From Thainema sp. (lineage in GTDB: Bacteria > Cyanobacteriota > Cyanobacteriia > Phormidesmidales > Phormidesmidaceae), in NCBI GenBank assembly GCA_052168235.1, contig JBQLZK010000001.1, positions 32,001-96,000 on the forward strand: a stretch of 64,000 nucleotides of DNA. The letters run 5' to 3'. This document shows positions 20,945 through 30,632 of this stretch, piece after piece. The translations under genes were made by a program, and so were the position numbers. Position 1 is the stretch's first letter. Every line of letters begins with the position of its first letter. Below the pieces are notes generated by a model. The model had not been told where the DNA came from. It saw only the letters and a program-made list of their open reading frames with translations, and did not search any database.

Positions 20945-21097
20945 ATGGTACAATCGCCCAACTCTCGCTCAACCCGTTCGCAATCACGTGCTGGTCAAGG
21001 TATTCATCCTCTAGATGATTCCTTTGACTTCAGCCAATGGGCTCAGCTTGTGCGTCAGCAGATGATAGCTTCTATCCAAAAGCGGAATGGACAGTAG
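20945..21097 (+). CDS. Small hypothetical protein (50 aa)
   Basis: RBS GGAGG just before ATG 20945; amphipathic 'FDFSQWAQLVRQQMIASI' helix. This is the C-terminal half of track ORF 20798..21097. Confidence 0.55.
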   Translation: MVQSPNSRSTRSQSRAGQGIHPLDDSFDFSQWAQLVRQQMIASIQKRNGQ

Positions 21098-21118
21098 ACC
21101 CTACTAACAATTAGTAGG

Positions 21119-21183
21119 ATTAAAGCCCAGCAGGGGTGATTTTGCGCAATGCGGCTGCAAAATCACCCCTGCTGGGCTTTAAT
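21119..21183. repeat. Long perfect inverted repeat (27-bp stem), REP-like element or terminator
   Basis: attaaagcccagcaggggtgattttgc (21119-21145) is the reverse complement of 21157-21183. Confidence 0.8.
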
Positions 21184-21216
21184 GCAAAGTGCAAAGATTA
21201 GCGGTACTGTTCAACG

Positions 21217-21681
21217 ATGAATCAACCCTGGCAAGATCCGTTTATTATTCACCACACGCAGCGATTGCTCTACAGTTTTCAGCACTGGACAGGTCGGCCA
21301 CTGTTGGACGTTCAGGGTTCACCGCTTGAACTAGCTGAGCAGGTCTTTCACGCTCATCTGGCAGTTTTGTCTCACGGGACAGAAGCAGATCCGATTTTTA
21401 ACTATGGCAACCAGTTGGCGCTGCAAATTTGGGAGTTGACTTGGGCTGAATTTATCCAGATGCCATCCCGTAAAACTGCTGAAGTTGTTAATCAGGAAAC
21501 GCGATCGCAACTTCTCTCGACTGCCCAAAAGCAAGGTTATACCCCCTACTCGGGTGTTCGCATCTCCAGCACGGGCCGCCGCTTTCATATTGATGATGGC
21601 ATTCTCTGGAACGTGATTGACCCACAGGGCAATCTGCATGGCCAGGCGGCGATTTTCTCGCGTTACGAATATTTGCCGTAG
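21217..21681 (+). CDS. Stand-alone MEKHLA (PAS-like) domain protein
   Basis: 'SHGTEADPIFNYGNQLALQIWE', 'PSRKTAE', 'YSGVRISSTGRRF' motifs. Confidence 0.85.
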   Translation: MNQPWQDPFIIHHTQRLLYSFQHWTGRPLLDVQGSPLELAEQVFHAHLAVLSHGTEADPIFNYGNQLALQIWELTWAEFIQMPSRKTAEVVNQETRSQLLSTAQKQGYTPYSGVRISSTGRRFHIDDGILWNVIDPQGNLHGQAAIFSRYEYLP

Positions 21682-21944
21682 TAGTCTGTCAAAGTAGAAA
21701 TTCTTCTACCCCTCAAAACACACTGGACAAAGCAGTAGGAAGCGTTGCTTAATCTGGGCAAAAAGTGAACAGAAAAGTCTGAAGTGCGATCGCATCTGAA
21801 TCAAATTTGAATCGCATCTGATTTGCTGGACGATTTTGACTGGACGATTACGAACAAATTCCGGGCGAATTTAGCGTCTCCCCCAAACAGATGCCACAAT
21901 GACTTCTGTCCAGCGTTTTCTCTTACTCACGCTTCTGAGGTCAT

Positions 21945-24047
21945 ATGCCCGGCCCGGCCATTCACCAAAACGGTATTTTTGCCAGTCACGTCTTTACCCG
22001 TCCATCAGCAAATCAAACCCTCACCTGTCCCATTTTGATTGTCGGTGGCTCAACCGCAGCCTATTCAGCCGCACTGACCGGCTTGAAATATAGCCAACTA
22101 GAGATTTATCTGGTACAGCCCCGACATATTGTAGGTGGCCAATTCACGACTCAAGGTTTACCGGCTTCGGACGATGGCAGCTTGATTCAGCAGGCGGCAA
22201 CTGGCGAAACAGTGGTGGGAGAGCGCTTTGCCCTTTCCCAGTCGCAGCGACAGTTTCGGCAGCGCCAACGCCAGCTCCAACCGCTACAGGGCGAGGTTGT
22301 TAGCAATCCAGGTGGCGGCTGGGTGAGTCCACTCTGTACAACGCCAATCGTGGCGGCTACGGCCCTGAATGATGCGATCGCACCGTTTTTGAATCAAAAT
22401 CGGCTTAAGTTAGTGCCGCATGCTGTGCCAATTCAGGTGTTGAAGACCAATTCTGCTGTGCGAGATCGCATGACAGGCGTTGTCTTCCGCGATACTCAGC
22501 GCAACTATACCTTTACAATTAGCGCGACTGTAATTATTGAAGCCACAGACTTAGGCGATTTGTTGGAACTGGGCAATATTCCGTCCCACGTTGGACAAGA
22601 ATCGCGTCAGCAAACCAATGAGCAGATTCTGCCAATGGTGCCGCATCCAGAATGTCAGCAGTCTTTCACCTACGGTGTTGCAGTCGAACGAGTGGCCGGA
22701 CGCAGTCAGGTCATGCCTGCTCCCAACACCGACTATGGCCGTGATCCATTTACGACAACCTATTACAAAAAATCAGGTGGAGAATGGAAGCTGCTCGATT
22801 TCTATCATGACTTTGGCCCCTTTCGCTATCGGCGTATGCTGCGACAGCAACCAGCCGAGAAAAAGATTAGTGACGGAGATATTACGGTACTCAACTGGGG
22901 GGTCACTCATGATCCAGCAGGCAACTTGTACTGCGGCAATGACTATCGACCCGGTTATTTAGTTGGTGTTGATGCAGCCACTCGCCAGCGCTATTTGCGA
23001 GAAGGCTACAGTCGCGCCCGCGCCTATGTCCGCTATTTGCAAACGAACGGTTTGGCCGAACTGCAGCCCCGTGGCGACGTAATGTGGTCATCTGATGGAG
23101 TTGCCCTCGACCCGTATATTCGGGAAGCTCGCCGAGGACAGGCGCTGACCACGATTCGGCACGAAGATGTGGCAGAGGCATTTTTCCCAAATGCGGCCCG
23201 AGGCACCTGTTTTGATGACAGCGTTGGGATTGGTGACTATCACTACATTGATTTACACGGCAATGACGCGAGAGGGCATGTTGCGCCATTGGGTGCATTT
23301 TTATTGGCTAAGCCTTTTTCGCTGCCGTTAGGAGCTTTGGTTCCACGACAAACGGATGGCTTGATTCTGTCGTCTAAAAGTATTGGCACGACACATTTGA
23401 CCAATGCCGTTTATCGGCTGCATCCAATTGAATGGGCCATTGGCGAGGCCAGCGGGTTTCTGGCCGTGTTCACCATTTGGACAGGACTGCAGCCGCGTGA
23501 AATTGCTCAATCGAGGGCAATGGTGCGGAAGCTCCAGGGATTTTTGACCCGCAATGGCATACCGATTTTTTGGTTTGATGATGTGGCCCATGATGATCCA
23601 GATTTTGAGCCGATTCAGGTGCTGGCTACGGCGGAAATTGTGCGGAGTGAGCTGAATGGTGCGCTGCATTTTCGGCCAGAGGCCAGCGTCAATCGGGCTG
23701 TGGTTTGTGCAGCACTGGTGAATTTGTTAGATTTAGCCATCACCGTGCCGCAGCAGCCTACTTTTGTAGATGTGCCTAGAACACACTGGGCCTACGGGGT
23801 AATTGAAACACTGGCCGATAAAAACATTGTCAGCGGGGTTGATCCGGGACTGTTTGCGCCTGATCGACCCATGATTCGAGAGCATCTCTCGTTTCTCATC
23901 GCTCGCGTATTGGAGCGCACGAATTTGGTCGTGGCCTACGATGTGTTTCAGCGCACAGGGACGCCCAAAGATAGAGCCGTGCTGAAGCGGCGAGATCTAT
24001 CGCGGATTTTCTATGAGCTGCTGAAAGCGAAACTAGACATTACCTGA
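21945..24047 (+). CDS. FAD-dependent oxidoreductase with a C-terminal S-layer homology (SLH) domain
   Basis: Rossmann motif 'ILIVGGSTAAYSAA', 'IEATDLGDL', 'PYIREARR', 'RLHPIEWAIGEA'; SLH 'FVDVPRTHWAY..IETL...IVSG'. Confidence 0.8.
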   Translation: MPGPAIHQNGIFASHVFTRPSANQTLTCPILIVGGSTAAYSAALTGLKYSQLEIYLVQPRHIVGGQFTTQGLPASDDGSLIQQAATGETVVGERFALSQSQRQFRQRQRQLQPLQGEVVSNPGGGWVSPLCTTPIVAATALNDAIAPFLNQNRLKLVPHAVPIQVLKTNSAVRDRMTGVVFRDTQRNYTFTISATVIIEATDLGDLLELGNIPSHVGQESRQQTNEQILPMVPHPECQQSFTYGVAVERVAGRSQVMPAPNTDYGRDPFTTTYYKKSGGEWKLLDFYHDFGPFRYRRMLRQQPAEKKISDGDITVLNWGVTHDPAGNLYCGNDYRPGYLVGVDAATRQRYLREGYSRARAYVRYLQTNGLAELQPRGDVMWSSDGVALDPYIREARRGQALTTIRHEDVAEAFFPNAARGTCFDDSVGIGDYHYIDLHGNDARGHVAPLGAFLLAKPFSLPLGALVPRQTDGLILSSKSIGTTHLTNAVYRLHPIEWAIGEASGFLAVFTIWTGLQPREIAQSRAMVRKLQGFLTRNGIPIFWFDDVAHDDPDFEPIQVLATAEIVRSELNGALHFRPEASVNRAVVCAALVNLLDLAITVPQQPTFVDVPRTHWAYGVIETLADKNIVSGVDPGLFAPDRPMIREHLSFLIARVLERTNLVVAYDVFQRTGTPKDRAVLKRRDLSRIFYELLKAKLDIT

Positions 24048-24241
24048 ATACCACTACCGTCCGTTTATCCAGCGGGCAAGGAAGTGACGCTTCAGAGTTG
24101 GGCTACCTAGATAGCTGGCAAACTGTTTTAAGGTGTTAGGGCTAACGGTTGCTGGAATTTCGCAGCTCAATACATCCGTGTAGATCTGCGATCGCAATGA
24201 CTGGCAACTCTCGCGACATCTATTCACAGAAGTAAAAATCC

Positions 24242-25681
24242 ATGTCTGCACCCCCTGTGTCTGCTGCAACAATTCCGGTTTCTCTGAATCTCACAACCAA
24301 GTTAGGCTACGGTGTGGGAGAGCTGAGCAAGGAAATCCCCAACAGCATCCTGGTCTTTTTCCTGCTGTTCTTTTTTACCGATGTGGTTGGCTTATCGCCA
24401 GGGTTAGCAGGCACGGTGCTGCTGGTTGGCAAAGTGTGGGACGCCATCAACGATCCGCTGATTGGTTGGCTTAGCGATCGCACTCGCTCCAAGTGGGGCC
24501 GCCGCTATCCCTGGATGATTTGGGGGGCAGTGCCCCTCGGCATTAGCTTTGGTATGCTGTGGCTGATGCCGCCACTCGCGACCCAGTGGCAGTTATTTCT
24601 GTACTACAGTGGCGTGCTGATTCTGTTTTATGCGGCGCTCACTGCCGTGGCGATTCCGCACTCCACGCTGGCGGCTGAGCTGACCCAAACCTACGATGAG
24701 CGGACACAACTGGTTAGCTTCAAATCCGCTTTTAGCATTGGTAGCAGCATCTTAGGACTGGTGATCGCCCAAATTATTTTCGCGACAGTTGCGGATGTCG
24801 GACAGCGCTATCTCTGGCTAGGAGTGATTTCGGGATTCATCGTGGTGATTTCCGTTTTTGGCTGCGTCTGGGCAACTCGCGATCGCTATTGGCAACTCCA
24901 GTCTACTCGCCCTGCTGTAGAAGCCACGTCTCATCTCCCTATCGGACAGCAGCTACGCATTGTATTTAGCTCACGCCCGTTTCTTTACGTGATGGGCGTC
25001 TACCTCTGCTCGTGGGTGGCGCTTCAGGCAACGGCAGCCATCTTGCAATATTTCGTGATCAACTGGATGGGCCTGCCCGCTCAGCATTTCACCCAAATGG
25101 TTTTGGCGGTGCAGGGAACAGCCTTGATGATGATATTTTTCTGGAGCCCAATCGGGCAGCGCATCGGCAAACGAGCCACCTACTGCTGGGGCATTCCGCT
25201 AACGGTAGCGGCTCAACTGGGTCTCTTTCTGCTGCAACCGGGACAAGTTGGCTGGATGTATGTCCTGGGCGTCCTCGCTGGATTTGGTCTATCAACTGCG
25301 TATTTGGTACCCTGGGCGATGCTGCCGGATGTGATTGATCTAGACGAATTGAACACGGGGCAGCGGCGAGAGGGCATCTTTTGTGGATTAATGGTGCAGT
25401 TACAGAAATTTGGCACAGCAATCTCGATTTTTCTAGTCGGCAAAACCCTAGAGTGGTCAGGCTATGTGACGCAAAAGAGTAGTGATGCGCTGGTCTTAAA
25501 TCAGCCCGATAGTGCGCTGGCTGCGATTCGCTGGCTGTTAGGCCCATTGCCTGCCGCTGTATTATTAACGGGCGTTGGCATTGCTGCACTCTATCCCATC
25601 ACTCGCGAAGTCCATCACGATATCCTCTTACAGCTACAGACCCGTCGCGAGCAGCAACATCAAGCATCTGCATCCGAATGA
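24242..25681 (+). CDS. MFS transporter, glycoside-pentoside-hexuronide (MelB-like) family
   Basis: 'KLGYGVG', 'WDAINDPLIGWLSDRTRSKWGRRYPW', 'PDVIDLDELNTGQRREG'; about 12 TM helices. Confidence 0.88.
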   Translation: MSAPPVSAATIPVSLNLTTKLGYGVGELSKEIPNSILVFFLLFFFTDVVGLSPGLAGTVLLVGKVWDAINDPLIGWLSDRTRSKWGRRYPWMIWGAVPLGISFGMLWLMPPLATQWQLFLYYSGVLILFYAALTAVAIPHSTLAAELTQTYDERTQLVSFKSAFSIGSSILGLVIAQIIFATVADVGQRYLWLGVISGFIVVISVFGCVWATRDRYWQLQSTRPAVEATSHLPIGQQLRIVFSSRPFLYVMGVYLCSWVALQATAAILQYFVINWMGLPAQHFTQMVLAVQGTALMMIFFWSPIGQRIGKRATYCWGIPLTVAAQLGLFLLQPGQVGWMYVLGVLAGFGLSTAYLVPWAMLPDVIDLDELNTGQRREGIFCGLMVQLQKFGTAISIFLVGKTLEWSGYVTQKSSDALVLNQPDSALAAIRWLLGPLPAAVLLTGVGIAALYPITREVHHDILLQLQTRREQQHQASASE

Positions 25682-25688
25682 CATCAGC

Positions 25689-26084
25689 ATGACCACGCCA
25701 CTTTCGCTAACCGTCTTACCTGAGCAACTCGCTATTTGCCAGCTAGCGCCAACGGCGACCATTCCTAGCTGGGCGCGATCGCAGTTTTGCTCAATTACCT
25801 ATACCGCAACCGAACTCTCGGTTGTCTGTTCGGCAGCTCAAGTTCCAGCCAATCTGACCGACATGAAAGTAGAATCCGGCTGGCGTGCACTGCAGGTAAT
25901 AGGAACATTGGACTTTGGCTTAACAGGTATCTTAGCTGAGATCGCAACTCCCCTGGCCGCAGCAGAAATCAGTATTTTTGCCATTTCCACCTATGACACC
26001 GACTATGTACTGGTGAAACAGGAAACCTGCGATCGCGCTATTGAAGTATTAACTCAGCAGGGACATCAGATCTTATGGCCGTGA
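25689..26084 (+). CDS. ACT-domain protein (CASTOR/ACT_7-like)
   Basis: 'SITYTATELSVVC', 'GTLDFGLTGILA', 'ISIFAISTYDTDYVLVK'. Confidence 0.85.
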   Translation: MTTPLSLTVLPEQLAICQLAPTATIPSWARSQFCSITYTATELSVVCSAAQVPANLTDMKVESGWRALQVIGTLDFGLTGILAEIATPLAAAEISIFAISTYDTDYVLVKQETCDRAIEVLTQQGHQILWP

Positions 26085-26104
26085 CCATTTCTCAAGTGTT
26101 CAAC

Positions 26105-26203
26105 CTAGTGGTTTGTCAACGCTGTTTTGGTGGGTTTTGATGGTTAATATATCGTGTAAAGCGCGACATATTAACCATCAAAACTAATTTGACACAGCAC
26201 TAG
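26105..26203. mobile_element. MITE-like element (99 bp) with terminal inverted repeats and an internal hairpin
   Basis: Ends CTAGTGGTTTGTCAA / TTGACACAGCACTAG (imperfect 15-bp TIR bounded by CTAG). Internal IR gttttgatggttaatat...atattaaccatcaaaac. Confidence 0.65.
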
Positions 26204-26249
26204 AGGCTTATGGCTGTAAAACGTGAGAAGGAGTGAGAGTATGGGCGCT

Positions 26250-27122
26250 CTAGCTCCGCAACTCAATTTCCGATACTAGACCGTAAACAACGTCTGGTGA
26301 CTGTACGGGAGATTCGGGCGGTATTACCGAGGGCCAAATCGTTTGCAGTTCATCCAGATTTTGCATAATCACAGCATGATCTTCTGGGCGAGTTTGGCTC
26401 ATCTCGTCCGCAATGGTTTGATAAAGCTGATCAGCGTACTGAACAAATCCGCGAGAATCTTGATATTCAATTGCTTCCACAATTTGGTTATCTACAATGG
26501 CCGCTTCATATTCCTCGGCAGCCGTACGCAGCGTGTTGACAATCACATCCATGACAAATTCGGGTGACTGTCGCTGTTCCTCTGGAATAGCTGCGATCGC
26601 ACGATCGATACTGGCCATTGAGGCTTGAAATTCTTCTTTCATCTGCGGGTCAGTGGGAGCTGACTTAGCCAAATCATGTAGCTCAGTCAAATCGCTCTTG
26701 AACTGCGGCACATTGCGCTCCGTCAGTTGACCTTCGATGCCGCCATACAGCTCCTCAACCGGGTGTCCAATGTGGGGTTCTGCTTCTGCGTAGCTACCTT
26801 CGTTAATCAGTTCCTCTGCAACGGACAGATGACCTTTCATCAGAGCTAGCGAAGTCATGTAGTCAACGTCTGGATTACCGGAGGCGCTGCCTTCGCCGCC
26901 TTCGCCACCTTCACCACCTTCACCGCCTTCGCCGCCTTCAGAGGCGTGACCTTCACCCCCCTCATGGCCCTCGCCACCTGCTGAGGCAACATCGGTTGTC
27001 TGAGCTGAATCAGATGTCTCTCCAGCTTCGCCTCCTTCCGTTGAAGCACTACCACACGCACTGACTGTTGCCGCTAAACCAAGGGCAAGAAAGAGTTCAA
27101 CTGCTTTTAACTGTTTGGCCAT
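26250..27122 (-). CDS. Acidic lipoprotein with (GGE)n repeat and His/Glu-rich helical domain, candidate metal-binding protein
   Basis: Lipobox 'VSAC'; 'GGEGHEGGEGH...EGGEGGEGGEGGEGGEG'; motifs 'MKGHL', 'HIGHPVEELY', 'EEYEAA', 'EYQDSRGF'. Confidence 0.7.
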   Translation of the reverse strand: MAKQLKAVELFLALGLAATVSACGSASTEGGEAGETSDSAQTTDVASAGGEGHEGGEGHASEGGEGGEGGEGGEGGEGSASGNPDVDYMTSLALMKGHLSVAEELINEGSYAEAEPHIGHPVEELYGGIEGQLTERNVPQFKSDLTELHDLAKSAPTDPQMKEEFQASMASIDRAIAAIPEEQRQSPEFVMDVIVNTLRTAAEEYEAAIVDNQIVEAIEYQDSRGFVQYADQLYQTIADEMSQTRPEDHAVIMQNLDELQTIWPSVIPPESPVQSPDVVYGLVSEIELRS

Positions 27123-27128
27123 GACACT

Positions 27129-27143
27129 TGAGAATCACTTTCA
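27129..27143. promoter_or_regulatory. Fur-box-like 7-1-7 site just upstream of the lipoprotein start
   Basis: TGAGAAT-C-ACTTTCA versus consensus TGATAAT-N-ATTATCA, 11 of 14 matches. Confidence 0.4.
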
Positions 27144-27209
27144 TTTAATGAGCTTGGTGACGAGCTTATGATTATTAGAAATAACTGTCAATAGATAACG
27201 CGAAAAAGT

Positions 27210-28229
27210 TTAGCTCGGTATGACATCAAAAAATCCCATACAGCCATGTTCTGCGATTTCATCCTGATGGGGATGGAACATGTATTTGCCAGGATATTTA
27301 TAGGAAAATTCGAGGATGTGGCGCTCAGCAGTGCCCATTGTGATCACGTCGGAGTCCATAGTAGGACTGAGAACGCGACCTGTGGGATAGATCTGGAACA
27401 TATTGGCGTGAATGTGAAAGGTGACGGCTGCATCAAACTCAATCATATTCAGCAGATACAGCCGAATTCTCTGATGCTGATAAATCGGAATTGCATGGTC
27501 GCGATAGTAGTTAGGAATACCGTTGAACGCGTACAGTTCATTGTGACCATCATTATTGATATCGAAACCGCCCATCACCAGCACCATCTCATCGGCAGGT
27601 GGGCGCTCCTGGGGCGGATCGACAATAAACAGGCCATACAGCCCCTTGCTGATGTGCCGCGTAACGGGGGCAATGTGACAATGATAGGGATGTACCCCGA
27701 ATGGCTCCGCATCAAACTCGTAGACTTTGGTATTGCCATGCCGCACCGGATCAACCCCGTCCATTTCGACGGGATGAGTGCCGTGAAAATGCATGCTATG
27801 CGAGTGGCCATCTTCATTGTGAAAGATAATGCGCACTCGTTCTCCCGCTTTCGCTCGCAGGGTTGGCCCTGGTACCCGACCATTGAGATTCCAGCTCACA
27901 AACGGGATGACGCTGTTAAGCTGAAGTTTTGAACTATTGGCCGTAACCTCAAACTCCCGCACGGTGCGACCTTGTTCATGCCGGATTGTGCCATGATCAA
28001 ACTCTCGCAGCACTGCCATTGGGTCAAAAGGGTTGTCAGCAGGAGCCGTGTAGTTCTCGGGTAAAGGGGGAATCCGTACGGGCTGAGTTGAATTGCCAGA
28101 GAGCCACTTGGATCGTACAGCCACAGAAGAAGCTGCCACCAACCCAATGCTCGCCGCGCCATAGCCCAAAAGTCGGCGGCGAGACCAGAGCAGTTTGCCT
28201 GATTTGGATTTGGGTAGTCGCTCAGTCAT
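27210..28229 (-). CDS. Tat-exported two-domain multicopper oxidase
   Basis: 'SRRRLL' Tat signal; copper motifs HSMHFH, HCH...H, FHIH, FHPH; only 339 aa (two cupredoxin domains). Confidence 0.88.
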   Translation of the reverse strand: MTERLPKSKSGKLLWSRRRLLGYGAASIGLVAASSVAVRSKWLSGNSTQPVRIPPLPENYTAPADNPFDPMAVLREFDHGTIRHEQGRTVREFEVTANSSKLQLNSVIPFVSWNLNGRVPGPTLRAKAGERVRIIFHNEDGHSHSMHFHGTHPVEMDGVDPVRHGNTKVYEFDAEPFGVHPYHCHIAPVTRHISKGLYGLFIVDPPQERPPADEMVLVMGGFDINNDGHNELYAFNGIPNYYRDHAIPIYQHQRIRLYLLNMIEFDAAVTFHIHANMFQIYPTGRVLSPTMDSDVITMGTAERHILEFSYKYPGKYMFHPHQDEIAEHGCMGFFDVIPS

Positions 28230-28391
28230 AAAAGGAAGTGGCTTAGCTGTTGCAATTTATTCTTAACTGATGCAGGCCACTACGCATCCTAGCATCACTT
28301 TTGCTGAAAAAGATGACTCATAAACTTATTCTGTTGGTTTAACACTGGTTTAATACAGGAGCCACATTGATTAGAAGGTTGAGAAGCCTTG

Positions 28392-28426
28392 AAAACGTTT
28401 AAACGTTCCAACGTTTAGACGTTGGA
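28392..28426. repeat. AACGTT-based short tandem repeats
   Basis: aaaacgtttaaacgttccaacgtttagacgttgga. Confidence 0.6.
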
Positions 28427-28592
28427 TTTCTGTCAGTGGCTCAAGCAAAATGGGATGGCTTGGTGACGGTACAGATCGAAAAGTCTGGTTAAAACTGTGC
28501 GGATCAGCAGGGAAATGATTTGTAGTGAGCAGAAGATAGTCTATTTATTGGCGCTAGCTGCGTTAGATTTTATACCTGTTGAGGATTGAACG

Positions 28593-29519
28593 ATGAAACG
28601 TCTCCGCTGTTGTCCTGCATCGCTATTGACTGGTTCGTTGCTCTTGAAAAGCTTCATGCTGGGACTGGGGGTAGTGACAGTTGCGATCGCATCTCCAGTT
28701 TTAACCAATACCGCATTAGCGGATACAGAGATCGAGCTCGGTCATGAGTCTGAACCCTTCACTAATCGAGAGCTATCGGCTGGGCCAGTTTCCGTTTCAG
28801 TCAGCTATACACCTTTTGATGTAGATGCAGAAGACGCTTGGGATCAGGAGAATCTGACCTATCAGTTGTTTTACGAGGGCGAACCGCAGCTAACCAATTC
28901 TGAAATGGCGTTTGGCTATGGTCGGGTTTGGCTGGAGGATTTAAACAGCGATGGTACGGCGGAAGTGTTAGTGAGTACCTACAGTGGTGGTGCCCATTGC
29001 TGCACCAACTATTCAATTTATTCCTGGCAGGACGGTGAGTTTGTCACGGCGGAAACGGGATACTTGGATGGTGGTGGCGGGTCATTTGAAGACCTGGATG
29101 GTGACGGTTTAACCGAGTTTGTCACTGTGGACAATTCCTTCCTCTATCGGTTTAGTTCCTATGCCGGCTCATTTCCACCTTCGCTGATCTATACCTTTAA
29201 AGACGGTCAACTGGAAGAGACCACTGGCCAGTACGAGGAAGAGTTGCGATCGCATGCTTGGCAAATGTATCAAGCTGTTGAAGAAAATCCCGAATTTCCC
29301 AATGGGATTCTGGCGGGTTACGTAGCACAAAAGATTTTGCTGGGCGAATACCAAGAGGGCTGGGATTACATGCTGGCGCACTATAATCCTGATGATGATT
29401 GGGGTCTGACGATCAACATGGGCGGCGAAGAAGTGGGTCGCTACTACAGTTTTCCCTTAGCACTGAAGGCATTTTTGGTAGAGCAGGGCTACCTAAACGA
29501 AATGGGAGAACCCATTTAG
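28593..29519 (+). CDS. Secreted acidic hypothetical protein with FG-GAP/DxDxDG-like Ca-binding motifs
   Basis: Signal peptide ending ALA; 'DLNSDGTAE', 'DLDGDGLTE', 'YSGGAHCC'. Confidence 0.7.
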   Translation: MKRLRCCPASLLTGSLLLKSFMLGLGVVTVAIASPVLTNTALADTEIELGHESEPFTNRELSAGPVSVSVSYTPFDVDAEDAWDQENLTYQLFYEGEPQLTNSEMAFGYGRVWLEDLNSDGTAEVLVSTYSGGAHCCTNYSIYSWQDGEFVTAETGYLDGGGGSFEDLDGDGLTEFVTVDNSFLYRFSSYAGSFPPSLIYTFKDGQLEETTGQYEEELRSHAWQMYQAVEENPEFPNGILAGYVAQKILLGEYQEGWDYMLAHYNPDDDWGLTINMGGEEVGRYYSFPLALKAFLVEQGYLNEMGEPI

Positions 29520-29522
29520 TAT

Positions 29523-29612
29523 TAGACTTTATCGGAAATTGTTTTGTAGGGCGGCGGAGCCACCCTACAAAACAATTTCCAACCCCGAAAACTTTATTTC
29601 CAATACAATCTA
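29523..29612 (+). mobile_element. MITE-like palindromic repeat, copy 1 (~90 bp)
   Basis: Nearly identical to the reverse complement of 36728-36816. Imperfect TIRs TAGACTTTATCGGAAAT / ATTTCCAATACAATCTA; internal hairpin. Confidence 0.75.
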
Positions 29613-29828
29613 ATATTCAGTTTTACGGATTAGCGCTACGGATGAGGTCAGTGCTGAGTACTAATTTGTATCCGCGATCTGGATAATCAGCTACAGATCT
29701 GAGCTTAGAGCATGTTTGCTGTTGCATCGCGGCGGCAACATGCTGTGTTAAAACTTAGTTTTCAAATCTAGAAGTCAGTCGCGAAATCTCGTACTACAGT
29801 AGACAGTGTTGCGAACTCATCTTGCTCT

Positions 29829-30527
29829 ATGGCTCAACCCAAAGCCGTTATTTTGCTATCCGGCGGATTAGACTCGGCCACTGCGGCGGCCCAAGCGATC
29901 GCAGATGGTTATGAACCGATTGCCCTATCGTTACGTTATGGTCAGCGTCACGACCGAGAACTTCAGGCAGCCCAGCAAATCGCCCAGCACTTGGGCATTG
30001 CGGAACATCAAATTATTGATGTAAACCTAGCTCAGTGGGGCGGTTCCTCATTGACCGATCGTAATCAAGCCTTACCTCAAGAGGGGGTGAAGCCCAACGA
30101 AATTCCCTCGACTTACGTACCTGGGCGCAACACAGTTTTTATTGCGATCGCACTTTCTTTGGCAGAAGCTAGGGAAGCCGACGCTATTTATCTCGGCATT
30201 AATGCTGTGGATTACTCCGGCTATCCAGACTGTCGGCCTGATTACCTCAGCGCCTTTCAGCGATTGGCCGAGCTATCGTCAAAAGCAGGTTTAGAAGGGC
30301 ATGCCCCACAACTGATTGCGCCACTGGTGAGGGACAGCAAAGTCGATATTGTAAAACGAGCCGTGCAGCTCGGTGTGCCCGTGCCCGCAACCTGGTCGTG
30401 CTATCAAGGTGGAGAGGAACCCTGTGGGCGCTGCGACTCTTGCCGGATTCGCGATCGCGCTTTAATTGAAGCTGGCTATGAGCAGTGGGCCACACCCGCT
30501 GGGCGAGCGCTATACGCAACGGCCTAA
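29829..30527 (+). CDS. queC: 7-cyano-7-deazaguanine synthase
   Basis: 'LSGGLDS', 'YGQRH', 'TYVPGRN', 'GYPDCRP', 'TWSCY...CGRCDSC'. Confidence 0.95.
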   Translation: MAQPKAVILLSGGLDSATAAAQAIADGYEPIALSLRYGQRHDRELQAAQQIAQHLGIAEHQIIDVNLAQWGGSSLTDRNQALPQEGVKPNEIPSTYVPGRNTVFIAIALSLAEAREADAIYLGINAVDYSGYPDCRPDYLSAFQRLAELSSKAGLEGHAPQLIAPLVRDSKVDIVKRAVQLGVPVPATWSCYQGGEEPCGRCDSCRIRDRALIEAGYEQWATPAGRALYATA

Positions 30528-30570
30528 GTCAACCATCTGACTACAGAAGTCACATTGCGCTAATAGAGAA

Positions 30571-30601
30571 AATAGGGAGCAGGCAAGGCCTGCTCCCTAT
30601 T
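30571..30601. terminator. Bidirectional terminator between queC and the convergent gene
   Basis: aatagggagcaggc-aag-gcctgctccctatt perfect stem. Confidence 0.75.
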
Positions 30602-30632
30602 GCTTTAGCTGGAGTAATTCATCTAAGAATGT

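Noticed and set aside
29829..30527. queC as part of a 7-deazaguanine DNA-modification or QatABCD-type defence system
   Set aside because: It is a canonical-length queC with no dpd, qat or nuclease neighbours, consistent with ordinary queuosine synthesis.
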